Positions 19,123 to 29,429 of a DNA stretch of 36,917 nt are shown here, one piece after another; positions within the stretch are counted from its first letter, which is position 1; every line of letters begins with the position of its first letter. Source of the stretch: Rhodomicrobium sp. (lineage in GTDB: Bacteria > Pseudomonadota > Alphaproteobacteria > Rhizobiales > Rhodomicrobiaceae); NCBI GenBank assembly GCA_049697375.1, contig JBAVVQ010000017.1, positions 1-36,917 on the forward strand, written 5' to 3'. The position numbers were made by a program, and so were the translations under genes. The notes under the pieces are model-generated. The model was not told the DNA's origin and searched no databases. It saw only the letters and a list, made by a program, of their open reading frames with translations.

Positions 19123-20640
19123 ATGAAGGTTGACCCTTCGTCTTCCGAGTTCTCCGCGCGCTACAACGCAGGTGAGCCCCTGCTTGTTTCAACGCGCCTT
19201 GTCGCGGACCTTGAGACGCCAGTTGCGGCGATGCTGAAGCTCGCGGCCGATCGCCCTTATTCCTTTCTCCTTGAATCTGTCGAGGGCGGCGCGGTGCGCG
19301 GCCGCTACTCCATCATCGGCCTCGACCCCGACATTCTGTGGCGCGCGCACGGAAATCGCGCGGAAATCAACGCCTCACCCCTCGAGGACATGTCGGCGTA
19401 TCGCCCATGCGAGGGAGGCGCCTTGAGCGCCTTGCGAGCGCTTCTAAAGGCATCCCGTGTCGATGTCCCTGAGCATCTGCCGCCGATGTCTGCGGGTATC
19501 TTTGGCTATCTGGGCTATGACACGGTGCGCCTCGTCGAGCGCCTGCCCACGCAAAAGCCTGATCCCGTCGGCGTGCCCGATGCGCTTCTAATGCGGCCTA
19601 CGATCATGGTCATCTTCGACGCCGTGAAGGACGAGATGATAATCGTCACCACCGTCCGGCCGCAAAAGACTATCTCCGCCAAAACAGCGTATTCTCGCGC
19701 CATCGACCGGCTGACGCGGATCCAGGATACTCTGGAAACGAAAAGCGCACACGCTTCCTCCGTCAACGAGTTCGAAGCCGTGTTCGCGTCGGCGACATCG
19801 AACATGGCGCCGGAAGACTACGTGGGCATGGTTTCGCGAGCGAAGGACTACATCGGCGCAGGCGACATTTTCCAGGTCGTGCTTTCGCAGCGGTTCGCCA
19901 CGAGGTTCGATCTGCAGCCCTTTGCTCTTTACCGCGCCTTGCGGCGGATCAATCCTGCGCCGTTCCTTTATTTCCTGAACTTCGGGAACTTCGCTGTTGC
20001 CGGCTCCAGCCCAGAAATTCTGGTCCGAGTCCGCGAGGGTGAGATTACAATCAGGCCGATCGCGGGCACGCGGCCCAGAGGCGCGACGCCGGAAGAGGAT
20101 AAGCGCCTCGCCGCCGAGCTTCTCGCCGACACGAAGGAGCGCGCCGAGCATTTGATGCTGCTCGATCTCGGCCGCAACGATGTGGGCCGTGTCGCGGAAA
20201 CATCCTCGGTGCGCGTCACCGACAGCTTCTTCCTCGAGTACTACAGCCAGGTCATGCACATCGTCTCCAATGTGGCGGGGCGGCTCGATGCGAAACATGA
20301 CTCTATCGATGCCCTTATGGCCGGCTTTCCGGCAGGCACCGTATCGGGTGCGCCGAAAGTGCGCGCCATGGAGATCATCGACGAACTCGAGCCTGAAAAA
20401 CGCGGGATCTATGCGGGCTGCATCGGATACTTCGCCGCGAACGGGGAAATGGATACCTGCATTGCGCTTCGCACCGCCATTGTGAAAGATGGCGTGATGT
20501 ACGTTCAGGCCGGCGCAGGCATTGTGGCAGATTCCGTTCCCGCATCTGAGCAGGCGGAATGCGAGAACAAGGCCCGTGCGCTGTTCCGGGCTGCGGAAGA
20601 AGCGGTGCGGTTTGCCGGACGAGCGGGCCGGGGACAGTAG
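19123..20640 (+). CDS. trpE: Anthranilate synthase component I
   Basis: LLESVEGG, GDIFQVVLSQ, SSPEILV, PIAGTRPRG, EHLMLLDLGRND, PAGTVSGAPK. Confidence 0.97.
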   Translation: MKVDPSSSEFSARYNAGEPLLVSTRLVADLETPVAAMLKLAADRPYSFLLESVEGGAVRGRYSIIGLDPDILWRAHGNRAEINASPLEDMSAYRPCEGGALSALRALLKASRVDVPEHLPPMSAGIFGYLGYDTVRLVERLPTQKPDPVGVPDALLMRPTIMVIFDAVKDEMIIVTTVRPQKTISAKTAYSRAIDRLTRIQDTLETKSAHASSVNEFEAVFASATSNMAPEDYVGMVSRAKDYIGAGDIFQVVLSQRFATRFDLQPFALYRALRRINPAPFLYFLNFGNFAVAGSSPEILVRVREGEITIRPIAGTRPRGATPEEDKRLAAELLADTKERAEHLMLLDLGRNDVGRVAETSSVRVTDSFFLEYYSQVMHIVSNVAGRLDAKHDSIDALMAGFPAGTVSGAPKVRAMEIIDELEPEKRGIYAGCIGYFAANGEMDTCIALRTAIVKDGVMYVQAGAGIVADSVPASEQAECENKARALFRAAEEAVRFAGRAGRGQ

Positions 20641-20660
20641 CGCCGGAGTAGGGTTGTCCA

Positions 20661-21200
20661 ATGAAGACGGTGACACTCTTTCGCCACGCCAAGTCCGGTG
20701 AGAAGGCCAATCCGCGCATCCGCGATTTCGATCGCCCCTTGGCGAATCGCGGTCTCAAAGCCGCGCCGAAAATGGGCGTGGCGATGCGCGAACGCCATTT
20801 GCGCCCCACCCTGATTTTGTGCTCGCCTTCGGTGCGCACGCTCCAGACGCTCTCGCTCGCCTCGACCGAAGCGTGGGATAATCCGCCAAAAGTGCGCCTC
20901 GACAAAAGGTTATACGAGGCGAGCGCGCAAACCATTCTCGATGTTCTAAAAGAGGTTTCGGAGGATGCGGACCACGTCATGGTCGTCGGCCACAACCCTG
21001 GCATGCAAGACTTTGCAGTCATGCTTTCGGTCAGCGGCAGAGAGCGGCAGCAACTCAAGGACAAATTGCCGACAGCTTCTGTTGTGACGCTGGAGTTTGA
21101 CGAAGAGCTTTGGAAGGATTTGCAGCCGGGGACCGGACATGTCGTGCTGTACATGTCGCCGAAAACACTTCCGCCTGCGGGCCGAGGACAAAAACAGTGA
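20661..21200 (+). CDS. sixA: SixA-like histidine phosphatase
   Basis: LFRHAKS, DRPLANRG, CSPSVRT, VVGHNPG. Confidence 0.88.
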   Translation: MKTVTLFRHAKSGEKANPRIRDFDRPLANRGLKAAPKMGVAMRERHLRPTLILCSPSVRTLQTLSLASTEAWDNPPKVRLDKRLYEASAQTILDVLKEVSEDADHVMVVGHNPGMQDFAVMLSVSGRERQQLKDKLPTASVVTLEFDEELWKDLQPGTGHVVLYMSPKTLPPAGRGQKQ

Positions 21201-21841
21201 TTACGATCATCGATAATTACGACAGCTTCACCTACAATCTCGTCCATTATTTTGGCGATCTTGGCGTCGATGTGCGCGTCTATCGCAACGACGAGAAAAC
21301 GGCGGCAGCGGTCCTGGAGGAGAAGCCCGACGCGATCGTTATGTCGCCGGGTCCGTGCACGCCGGACGAGGCCGGTATCTGCCTTGCCCTCGTGAAGGAG
21401 AACAAGAAGCGCATTCCGCTACTGGGCGTTTGCCTGGGCCACCAAACTATCGGGCAGGCATTTGGAGGGCGCGTGATCCGGGCCCCGGTGCTGATGCATG
21501 GTAAGCTCTCGCAAATCCACCACGAGGGAACGAGCCTCTTCCGAGGGTTGCCGAACGCCTTCGAGGCGACGCGCTACCATTCGCTTATTGTTGAGGCGGA
21601 TACTCTTCCTGCCTGCCTTACGGTGACGGCGCGCACATCCGATGGCCTCATCATGGCGCTCGAGCATCGCAGCGAGCCGGCGTTCGGCGTTCAGTTTCAT
21701 CCCGAAAGCATCGCGAGCGCGAACGGTCACGCGGTCCTGGCGAACTTCCTCACGCTGGCAGGCGTGCGCTGGTCGCCGCGAAAACAGGGACTCGTTCCGC
21801 CAGCGCTTGAGCATGCCTCCGGGCAGGCGCCCGTGGCTTGA
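21197..21841 (+). CDS. trpG: Anthranilate synthase component II (glutamine amidotransferase)
   Basis: IDNYDSFTYN, SPGPCTP, GVCLGHQ, RYHSL, QFHPES. GTG 21197 with SD GAGGA. Confidence 0.96.
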   Translation: MITIIDNYDSFTYNLVHYFGDLGVDVRVYRNDEKTAAAVLEEKPDAIVMSPGPCTPDEAGICLALVKENKKRIPLLGVCLGHQTIGQAFGGRVIRAPVLMHGKLSQIHHEGTSLFRGLPNAFEATRYHSLIVEADTLPACLTVTARTSDGLIMALEHRSEPAFGVQFHPESIASANGHAVLANFLTLAGVRWSPRKQGLVPPALEHASGQAPVA

Positions 21842-22926
21842 GCCAGACGATGCAAAATACGCCCAAGGCCGGCCTCTCCGCTGTATTTCGGCCTCATTTC
21901 GAGAAAGCTGCGTCAGGATCCCAGCTTTCCGAGGAGGAGGCGCGAGAGGCGTTTACCTGCATCATGCAGGGGGCTGTTTCCGACATTGAATTGGCCGGAT
22001 TTCTCGTGGCGTTGAAGGCGCGCGGGGAGACGGTCGACGAAATCGCGGGCGCAGTCGCTGCCATGAAGACGCTCATGATGCCTGTGGCGGCTCCCGAAGG
22101 GGCCATCGACATTGTTGGGACGGGCGGCGACGCCAAGGGCACGTTCAATATTTCAACGGCGGCCTCGTTTGTTCTGGCTGGCGCGGGCGTTCCGGTGGCA
22201 AAGCACGGGAACCGGGCGGTGTCCTCGAAATCCGGCGCGGCGGATGTGCTCGAAATGCTGGGCGTCACGATCAAGATGCCTTCAGAGCGCATCGCGCAAT
22301 GTTTCGAGCGTGCCGGCCTCGCCTTTCTCTGGGCGCCGACCCACCACCCGGCAATGCGCCATGCGGCCTCGGTGCGCCAGGGCCTCAAGCTCCGGACGAT
22401 GTTCAATCTTCTCGGACCGCTTCTCAATCCAGCGGGGACGAAACGGCAGTTGATCGGCGCCTATTCGGATGCGTGGCTGATGCCGATGGCGGAGGTGCTA
22501 AAGCGGAGTGGGGCGGAACATGTATGGGCCGTTCATGGGGCCGACGGTATGGATGAGCTTTCGACGACTGGCGTCAGCCGCGTGATCGAACTAAGGGGCG
22601 GCAGGTTCTCTTCCTTTGAGGTTCATCCAAGCGACGCGGGTTTGCCTACAGCGCGCCTGTCTGATCTGGAGGGGGGATCGCCCAAGGACAGCGCCATTGC
22701 TATGCGGGACCTTCTGCGCGGGAAGCCTGGGCCATTTCGGGACATCGTTCTCCTGAATGCGGCCGCCGCCTTTATCATCGCGGGGAAGACCGCTTCTCTC
22801 AAAGAAGGCGCGCGCCTTGCCGCCGCATCGATCGACAGAGGCGGGGCCCAGAAAGCGCTCGATGCTCTGATCTTGGCGAGCACGGATGCCGCTGCGCAAC
22901 CAGAATTAGCGGTCGATGCAAAGTAA
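21838..22926 (+). CDS. trpD: Anthranilate phosphoribosyltransferase
   Basis: DIVGTGGD, FNISTA, KHGNRAVSSKSGAAD, GMDE. Start is 21838 or 21850. Confidence 0.97.
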   Translation: MSQTMQNTPKAGLSAVFRPHFEKAASGSQLSEEEAREAFTCIMQGAVSDIELAGFLVALKARGETVDEIAGAVAAMKTLMMPVAAPEGAIDIVGTGGDAKGTFNISTAASFVLAGAGVPVAKHGNRAVSSKSGAADVLEMLGVTIKMPSERIAQCFERAGLAFLWAPTHHPAMRHAASVRQGLKLRTMFNLLGPLLNPAGTKRQLIGAYSDAWLMPMAEVLKRSGAEHVWAVHGADGMDELSTTGVSRVIELRGGRFSSFEVHPSDAGLPTARLSDLEGGSPKDSAIAMRDLLRGKPGPFRDIVLLNAAAAFIIAGKTASLKEGARLAAASIDRGGAQKALDALILASTDAAAQPELAVDAK

Positions 22927-23043
22927 TGTTAAATTGCAATCTTCGAATGCTCGCTATGGAAAACGCTTGAGCGATGGCGGTGTTCTGCGATCTGATGGGC
23001 GCCACAGCCCGTACCTGAGAGCATTAGAAAAAACGGTGGCGCT

Positions 23044-23865
23044 ATGAGCATTCTCGACCGCATTGTCGCCTACAAGAAGGAAGAAGTCGCAGCCGCCAAG
23101 GCAAGAACGCCTCTGGCCGAGCTTGAGGAGAGGGCTTCCGCCGCGCCGTGTTTGCGCGACTTCTTTGGCGCCCTGTCGAGAAAATGCGCCCGCGCGGAAC
23201 CGGGTCTCATCGGGGAAGTGAAAAAGGCAAGCCCCTCCCGCGGGTTGATCCGTCCAGATTTCGATCCCGCGGCAATAGCCAAGGCCTATGAGCGCGGAGG
23301 AGCGGCCTGTCTTTCGGTTCTGACAGACGGCCCGTCCTTCCAAGGCTCGCCCGAAGCGCTGGTCGCGGCGCGAAAGGCAACGCGCCTGCCGGTTCTTCGC
23401 AAAGATTTTATGGTCGATCCCTATCAGGTCGCGGAGGCTCGCGCCATAGGCGCCGACTGCATCCTTATCATCATGGCATACACCTCCGACGGGCTTGCAA
23501 GCGAGCTTTTCTCGACCGCCCGAGCCATGGATATGTCGGTGCTTGTCGAGGTTCACAATCAGGACGAACTCGAGCGCGCGCTTATGCTGAACGCCTGGCT
23601 GATCGGAATCAACAACCGCGATCTCAACACGTTCGAGACGCATCTCGAAACAACCGAAGAGCTTGCACTGCTGGTCCCGCCAGGCCGCATTATTGTTTCA
23701 GAGAGCGGGATCTTCACGCCGTGCCACATCACGCGGCTGGCGCGGGCCGGCGCCAGCGCATTCCTCGTTGGCGAAAGCTTGATGCGGCAACCGGATATCG
23801 AAGGTGCGACACGCGCGCTTCTCTCGCCCGCAATTGAGCGGGACAGGCAGGTCGCCAACGCATGA
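23044..23865 (+). CDS. trpC: Indole-3-glycerol phosphate synthase
   Basis: [40 protein letters not shown]. Confidence 0.97.
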   Translation: MSILDRIVAYKKEEVAAAKARTPLAELEERASAAPCLRDFFGALSRKCARAEPGLIGEVKKASPSRGLIRPDFDPAAIAKAYERGGAACLSVLTDGPSFQGSPEALVAARKATRLPVLRKDFMVDPYQVAEARAIGADCILIIMAYTSDGLASELFSTARAMDMSVLVEVHNQDELERALMLNAWLIGINNRDLNTFETHLETTEELALLVPPGRIIVSESGIFTPCHITRLARAGASAFLVGESLMRQPDIEGATRALLSPAIERDRQVANA

Positions 23866-24362
23866 GCAAGCTGTCCCACATCAACGCCAAGGGCGAGGCG
23901 TCGATGGTCGATGTGGCCGGCAAGGCGGTCACGGAAAGAGTCGCCGTGGCCGAAGGCTATGTGGTGATGGAGCGCGGCGCGCTGCGCCTGATTGAAGAGG
24001 GGGATGCGCCAAAAGGCGATGTGCTCGCCGCGGCTCGTATAGCAGGCATCATGGCGGCGAAACGTACGTCCGACTTCATCCCGCTCTGCCATCCGCTGGC
24101 CCTGACAAAGGTGCAAGTTGATTTCGAATTGTCACCTGCGCTGCCGGGGGTGCGTGTCGAGGCGATGGCGAAAGCTCTTGGCCGGACGGGCGTGGAAATG
24201 GAGGCGCTGACGGCGGTGTCGGTAGCTTGCCTCACGCTCTATGACATGCTGAAAGCGAGGGACAAGGGGATGCGTATCGAGGGCATGCGCCTCCTGTCCA
24301 AGACGGGCGGCAAATCCGGCGACTACCGCGCCCCTCCTTTGGATCGCAAGGGGCCGTTATGA
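23862..24362 (+). CDS. moaC: Cyclic pyranopterin monophosphate synthase
   Basis: MVDV, KGDVL, IPLCHP, GVEMEAL, KTGGKSG. Confidence 0.97.
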   Translation: MSKLSHINAKGEASMVDVAGKAVTERVAVAEGYVVMERGALRLIEEGDAPKGDVLAAARIAGIMAAKRTSDFIPLCHPLALTKVQVDFELSPALPGVRVEAMAKALGRTGVEMEALTAVSVACLTLYDMLKARDKGMRIEGMRLLSKTGGKSGDYRAPPLDRKGPL

Positions 24363-25549
24363 CCTTGATGCCAGTGGCTGAGGCGCAGGCCGCCATTGTG
24401 AGAGGCGTCGAGCCGCTGGACGCCCAAACGGTCTCGATCTTCGAGGCGGCTGGCCGCATCCTCGCGCAAGACCTGAGCGCGAAACTAACGCAACCGCCGT
24501 TCGCCGCGTCGGCGATGGACGGCTATGCCGTTCGCCGGGCCGATATCGCGTCTCTTCCCCCGTGTTTGAAGGTGATCGGCAGATCCGTCGCGGGGCATGG
24601 TTTCGAAGGCGAGGTTCGAGCGGGCGAGGCGGTCCGCATCTTCACCGGTGCGCCGGTCCCGGTAGGAGCCGACACCATCGTCATCCAGGAAAACACCAAA
24701 GCCGCGGACGATGGGGCGGTAAAGATCCTGGAATCGGCTCCTCTTGGGCAGCACATCCGCCCGAGAGGCTACGACTTCTCCGAGGGCGATACTTTGCTCG
24801 CCTCTGGGATGGAACTCGCCAGCCGCCAGCTCATGCTGGCTGCCGCCATGAACAACGCCACGGTGGCGGTGACGCGAAGGCCGATTATTGCCATCCTGGC
24901 GAATGGAGATGAACTCGTGCTGCCTGGACAATCGCCCGCCTCGGGGCAAATCATTTCCTCGATTCCTGCGGGCATGAAGGCCGCCATCGCAGCCTGGGGC
25001 GGCGAATCTCTCCTTCTCGATCTTGCGCAAGACAGTAAGGAGAGCCTCGCGGCTCGCGTCCGGGACGCACAAGAGGCCGATGTTCTCCTGACAATTGGCG
25101 GCGCGTCGGTGGGCGAGCATGATCTTGTTCGCGGTGCGCTCGAAGACATGGGCGCTCGGTTCGAAGTGCTGAAGGTGGCCATGCGCCCAGGCAAGCCTGT
25201 CATGTTTGGCTTCTTGGACAAGCAGCGCATTCTGAGCATGCCCGGCAACCCCGCCTCCGCAATCATCTGCGCCCGCGTTTTTTTGAAGCCGCTGCTCGAC
25301 CGTTTTCTCGGGCGCGCGCGCCGCGATGAACCGCGCACCGTTCGGCTTGCCGTCCCGCTGGATGCGAATGGCGAGCGTGAGCACTATATGCGCGCCAAGC
25401 TTTCCGATGATGGGGTCGCGCCCATCCGCCATCAGGACAGTTCCCTTATGAGCGTTTTCGCAAACGCCGATTGTCTTCTCGTCCGGCCCGATCGAGGCCC
25501 GGCGCTTCCCGCAGGGGCGCTTGTGCGAGTTATCCCGCTCGATTTTTGA
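24359..25549 (+). CDS. moeA: Molybdopterin molybdotransferase (gephyrin-like)
   Basis: [36 protein letters not shown]. Confidence 0.96.
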   Translation: MTLMPVAEAQAAIVRGVEPLDAQTVSIFEAAGRILAQDLSAKLTQPPFAASAMDGYAVRRADIASLPPCLKVIGRSVAGHGFEGEVRAGEAVRIFTGAPVPVGADTIVIQENTKAADDGAVKILESAPLGQHIRPRGYDFSEGDTLLASGMELASRQLMLAAAMNNATVAVTRRPIIAILANGDELVLPGQSPASGQIISSIPAGMKAAIAAWGGESLLLDLAQDSKESLAARVRDAQEADVLLTIGGASVGEHDLVRGALEDMGARFEVLKVAMRPGKPVMFGFLDKQRILSMPGNPASAIICARVFLKPLLDRFLGRARRDEPRTVRLAVPLDANGEREHYMRAKLSDDGVAPIRHQDSSLMSVFANADCLLVRPDRGPALPAGALVRVIPLDF

Positions 25550-25581
25550 CAGCGCCACTGTTGAGGCGTTTTGCTCTTGCG

Positions 25582-25621
25582 GAACGCAAAGAGAACGCTT
25601 ATTGCTGTTCTTGGTTTGTAC
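25582..25621. promoter_or_regulatory. Two alphaproteobacterial SOS (LexA) boxes
   Basis: GAAC-GCAAAGA-GAAC (25582-25596) and GTTC-TTGGTTT-GTAC (25607-25621) directly upstream of lexA. Confidence 0.85.
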
Positions 25622-25651
25622 AAGCCAGATCCGGCGATATACGGGGCTGTC

Positions 25652-26377
25652 ATGCTGACGCCAAAGCAAAAGCAACTACTTCTCTTCATCCACGAGCGCA
25701 TCGAGGCGACCGGCGTTCCGCCGTCGTTTGACGAGATGAAAGAAGCGCTGGATTTGAAGTCGAAATCAGGCATTCACCGCCTTATCATGGCGCTTGAGGA
25801 ACGCGGTTTTATAAGGCGGCTTCCCCATCGCGCTCGTGCGCTCGAGGTCACGAAGCTGCCCGAGCGCGGGCGCAGCAATGTATTCGATTCCGAAAGGCGT
25901 CGCGGCGGCTTTATGCCGACGGTCATAGAAGGGACAAGGCGTTCTTCATTCGAGGAAAGCCCCCAGGCGGCATTCATCCGCGACCGTGAAGACGGCGGCA
26001 TTCAGGTTCCAGTCATGGGGCGGATCGCGGCGGGCGTTCCCCGGTCTGCTATCGAGGATCACAGCCACGTGCTCGTTATGCCGCCCGAGTTCCTTTCCCA
26101 GGGGGAGCATTTCGCGCTCGAGGTTCGCGGCGATTCAATGATCGACGCGGGTATTCAGGAGGGCGATACCGTCATCCTGAAACGAACCCCGACGGCCGAA
26201 AGCGGGGAGATCGTGGTGGCTCTCATTGACGAGGAGGAAGCCACGCTCAAGCGCCTGCGCAAAAAGGGCCAATCAATTGCCCTCGAACCCGCGAATCCGG
26301 CATTCGAGACCCGCATTTTTGGACCGGACCGGGTGAAGATCCAAGGTAAGCTTGTCGCACTTCTGCGCCGCTACTAA
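25652..26377 (+). CDS. lexA: SOS repressor LexA
   Basis: [25 protein letters not shown] cleavage site, GDSM, TLKR. ATG 25652. Confidence 0.98.
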   Translation: MLTPKQKQLLLFIHERIEATGVPPSFDEMKEALDLKSKSGIHRLIMALEERGFIRRLPHRARALEVTKLPERGRSNVFDSERRRGGFMPTVIEGTRRSSFEESPQAAFIRDREDGGIQVPVMGRIAAGVPRSAIEDHSHVLVMPPEFLSQGEHFALEVRGDSMIDAGIQEGDTVILKRTPTAESGEIVVALIDEEEATLKRLRKKGQSIALEPANPAFETRIFGPDRVKIQGKLVALLRRY

Positions 26378-26503
26378 AAGAGAGCGGCCGCAACCCCCTC
26401 ACCAAACACGTCCCAAGTATTATATAAGGGAGCGACGCCCGAGTTGCATCCCGGGCGGAGAAGCATTCAATAACATTGCAGGTTGGGAGCGAGGAAGCGC
26501 CGA

Positions 26504-28381
26504 ATGTCTGATAAGCACAGAATATCGGAAAAGCGCCCTGAGGCTGAAAAGCGAGAGAAGACGGAAAAGACGGTCAGTCCGGCGCCTGCCGAGAAGCCAT
26601 TGCCCGGTTTGCAGTCGCCGGAGGAATTCGTCTCTAACATAATGCGTTCCGTCGAAGCGACCGGCCAACTCATCTCGAAGCTTGTCGAGGGCAAGGATAA
26701 GCGTAGCGGCGCGTTCACGGTCGCGAGCGGCATGGCGGACTCCGGGAAATTGTTCGCTCCCATTGTCCAGTATTGGATGAACGATCCAAAAGCCTATGCC
26801 GAGGCCCAGGCAAAGCTCAGTGCTGATATGATCGACTTGTGGGGCCGTACTTATAAGCGCTTTCTTGGCGAAAAAGTCGAACCAATGGTCGCGTCTTCGG
26901 CGCACGATCCCCGGTTCGCAGACAAGGGATGGACAGACAATGCCTTCTTCGATTTCCTGAAGCAGGCCTATTTGCTGGCGGGCAAATGGGCCGAAGACAT
27001 GGTTCACAATGCGACGACGGTGGATGCCCACGTCAAACACCGCGCGGAGTTTTATCTGAACCAGATTGTGAGCGCGCTCTCGCCCTCGAATTTCCCCTTT
27101 ACAAACCCCGAAGTGATCCGCGCCACAGTATCGACGAATGCCAAAAATCTCGCCGAAGGCATGACTCATCTTCTGGAAGACCTCGAACATTCCGGTGAGC
27201 TTCTCCGGATTCGGCAGACGGACATGTCAGCCTTCGAGGTGGGCAGAAACCTCGCGGTGACGCCTGGGAAGGTGGTCTATCAGAACGAGTTGTTGCAACT
27301 CATTCAGTATTCGCCGACGACCGAAACAGTGCACGAAGTCCCGATGCTCATCGTGCCGCCGTGGATCAACAAGTTCTACATTCTTGACCTCACGCCCCCG
27401 AAGTCCTTCATAAAGTGGCTGGTCGACCAGGGCTTCACCGTTTTTGTGATCTCGTGGGTGAACCCGGATGGGCGGCTGGGGTCAAAGACCTTTGAGAATT
27501 ACATGCTTGAAGGTGTTATTGCCGCCGTGGACGCTACGCTGCGTATCACGGGCCAGCCCCACACTAACACGCTCGGCTACTGCGTGGGTGGAACTCTGCT
27601 CGCGTGCACGCTCGCCTATATGGCCGCGATTGACGACAATCGCATCAATTCTGCGACACTTTTCACGGCCCAGACCGACTTCACGAAAGCCGGCGAACTT
27701 CTCGTTTTCATTGATGAGGAGCAACTGAAGGCGCTCGAGGATCTGATGGCGGAAAAAGGATACCTCGATGGAGCGCGGATGGCGGCAACGTTCAACGCGA
27801 TGCGACCGAAAGATTTGATCTGGCCTTACGTCGTCAACAATTATTTGCTCGGCAAGCAGCCCTTCCCGTTCGATCTCTTGTTCTGGAACGCGGACTCGAC
27901 GCGAATGCCGGCTGCCAATCACAGCTTCTACCTGCGTGAGTTTTACATGAAAAACACGCTCGCGCAGGGCCTTCTGAAGCTCGGCGGGGTGACACTCGAC
28001 CTTAGCAAGATAACGGTTCCCATCTACGATGTGGCCGCGAAGGAGGATCACATCGCCCCGGCCCAGTCGGTTTTAAATGGCGCCAAGCTTTTTAGTGGCC
28101 CGGTCCGCTTCGTTCTGGCCGGTTCCGGGCATATAGCGGGTGTGATCAACCCGCCTGCCAAGCAAAAATACCAGTATTGGATTCTTGAGGAAGGCGACGC
28201 AAAAACCTTGCCCACGATCGACGGATTTATTGCTAAAGCGAAGGAACATCCGGGCTCGTGGTGGCCGGACTTTAAGAAGTGGCTGTCTTCGCAGTCAGGC
28301 GCGCAAATTACCCCGCCCCAGCCAGGCGGCGGCGTTTTCAAACCGATTGAGGATGCTCCCGGCTCCTATGTCCGCAAATAA
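26504..28381 (+). CDS. phaC: Class I polyhydroxyalkanoate synthase
   Basis: TPGKVV, PPWINKFYILDL, lipase box GYCVGG, WNAD, EDHIAP, SGHIAG, GSWW, APGSYV. SD GAGGA before ATG 26504. Confidence 0.96.
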   Translation: MSDKHRISEKRPEAEKREKTEKTVSPAPAEKPLPGLQSPEEFVSNIMRSVEATGQLISKLVEGKDKRSGAFTVASGMADSGKLFAPIVQYWMNDPKAYAEAQAKLSADMIDLWGRTYKRFLGEKVEPMVASSAHDPRFADKGWTDNAFFDFLKQAYLLAGKWAEDMVHNATTVDAHVKHRAEFYLNQIVSALSPSNFPFTNPEVIRATVSTNAKNLAEGMTHLLEDLEHSGELLRIRQTDMSAFEVGRNLAVTPGKVVYQNELLQLIQYSPTTETVHEVPMLIVPPWINKFYILDLTPPKSFIKWLVDQGFTVFVISWVNPDGRLGSKTFENYMLEGVIAAVDATLRITGQPHTNTLGYCVGGTLLACTLAYMAAIDDNRINSATLFTAQTDFTKAGELLVFIDEEQLKALEDLMAEKGYLDGARMAATFNAMRPKDLIWPYVVNNYLLGKQPFPFDLLFWNADSTRMPAANHSFYLREFYMKNTLAQGLLKLGGVTLDLSKITVPIYDVAAKEDHIAPAQSVLNGAKLFSGPVRFVLAGSGHIAGVINPPAKQKYQYWILEEGDAKTLPTIDGFIAKAKEHPGSWWPDFKKWLSSQSGAQITPPQPGGGVFKPIEDAPGSYVRK

Positions 28382-28405
28382 GCATCCCTTAATAAGGTAA
28401 GCAGC

Positions 28406-29317
28406 CTAACCCTGCAACTTATGGCCGATGAACTCCTTGATTTTTCGAGCGAGATCATCGGCTCCCATGTCCCTGAAATCCTGATCCGCGCCAGGAATCA
28501 CGGCCATCGTCACAATTTTGAGGTTTATGTACTCCGGTTCGGCGGCCTTGACTTCGGCCTGGACCGGATCTGCATCGCCTACTGCAATCAGCACGGGAAT
28601 CTTAATGCTTTGCAACAGGTTCGTCGTTTTGAACTTGGCATTTGCGCCGTAGTAATTTGCGAAAGTCCCCGCCGTCACCTGTGGCTTCGCGCATGTCAGG
28701 AATCCCGGCACGTCGACAAACAGATTGCCACGCGCGCTGGCCACGAGTTCTTCGGCCTTCGCGAGCTCTTGACGCAAGGATTGCCCGAAACGCGCGCTGT
28801 ACTCTGCCTCGGCCTTCTCTTCGCTCTGCATTAAGGGCGACATCAGCACGGCGCGTTTCACGGTCTTGTCCAAGCGGTTGATGGCATAAAGCGCAACCTG
28901 ATTGGCGCCACGGCCGTGGCCAGCAAGCGTGATGGATGTCGCGCCCTTATCCTTCAGCCACTGGACCCAGCTTGCGATCTCGTCGATTGCGTCCTCGTGG
29001 CGGTGATCCTGTTCGGTCGCACAATCGAACATGCCGTGGCGCTTATCCATGCCGAGCCCGAGCGTTATGGCGAGCGAGCTGATCCCTTGATCGCGCAGGC
29101 TATCCTGGAGCGCTGCCATCAATTCCATCCGGTCATGGCCAAGCGTGTCGTGCACCAAAAGAACGACTTCGTTCTTGAGCGACTTGCCCGAGGCGACCTC
29201 AACATTTGCCGCCAGTTCGAGACCGAGATAATCCAAGGTAACTTGCTCGGCGGCGCATCTCGCGGTTGCTGCCGCAATCGAAAGCGCCGTCACAGCGGAG
29301 ATAATTAGGGCGCGCAT
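28406..29317 (-). CDS. Exported alpha/beta-hydrolase-fold protein lacking the catalytic Ser and His
   Basis: Signal peptide, VLLVHDT, LAGHGRGANQ, IKIPVLIAVGDAD, IPGADQDF. Confidence 0.8.
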   Translation of the reverse strand: MRALIISAVTALSIAAATARCAAEQVTLDYLGLELAANVEVASGKSLKNEVVLLVHDTLGHDRMELMAALQDSLRDQGISSLAITLGLGMDKRHGMFDCATEQDHRHEDAIDEIASWVQWLKDKGATSITLAGHGRGANQVALYAINRLDKTVKRAVLMSPLMQSEEKAEAEYSARFGQSLRQELAKAEELVASARGNLFVDVPGFLTCAKPQVTAGTFANYYGANAKFKTTNLLQSIKIPVLIAVGDADPVQAEVKAAEPEYINLKIVTMAVIPGADQDFRDMGADDLARKIKEFIGHKLQG

Positions 29318-29429
29318 GATTCCTACCGCTTATGCCTCTAGTGAGCTCTCATTAATCGGGCTTATGGACCAAATCTGGGCCGAAGGCGGTGAGACGGCCT
29401 CATTGATGGTGACAAAATGGCGCCAAGGC

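Noticed and set aside
19061..19126. 21-codon uORF overlapping the trpE start (possible trpL attenuator)
   Set aside because: MACLFALIEPRTRNFTRSQIQ has no Trp codons, and there is no SD or terminator/antiterminator
19588..21247. Long minus-strand ORFs (362 aa, 290 aa)
   Set aside because: Antisense to trpE/sixA with no recognisable motifs
23044..26377. trpC-moaC-moeA-lexA linkage as a novelty
   Set aside because: A common alphaproteobacterial gene order
26436..26457. Hairpin CGCCCG/CGGGCG upstream of phaC as a terminator or PhaR site
   Set aside because: Only 6 bp, with no U-tract and no clear PhaR consensus
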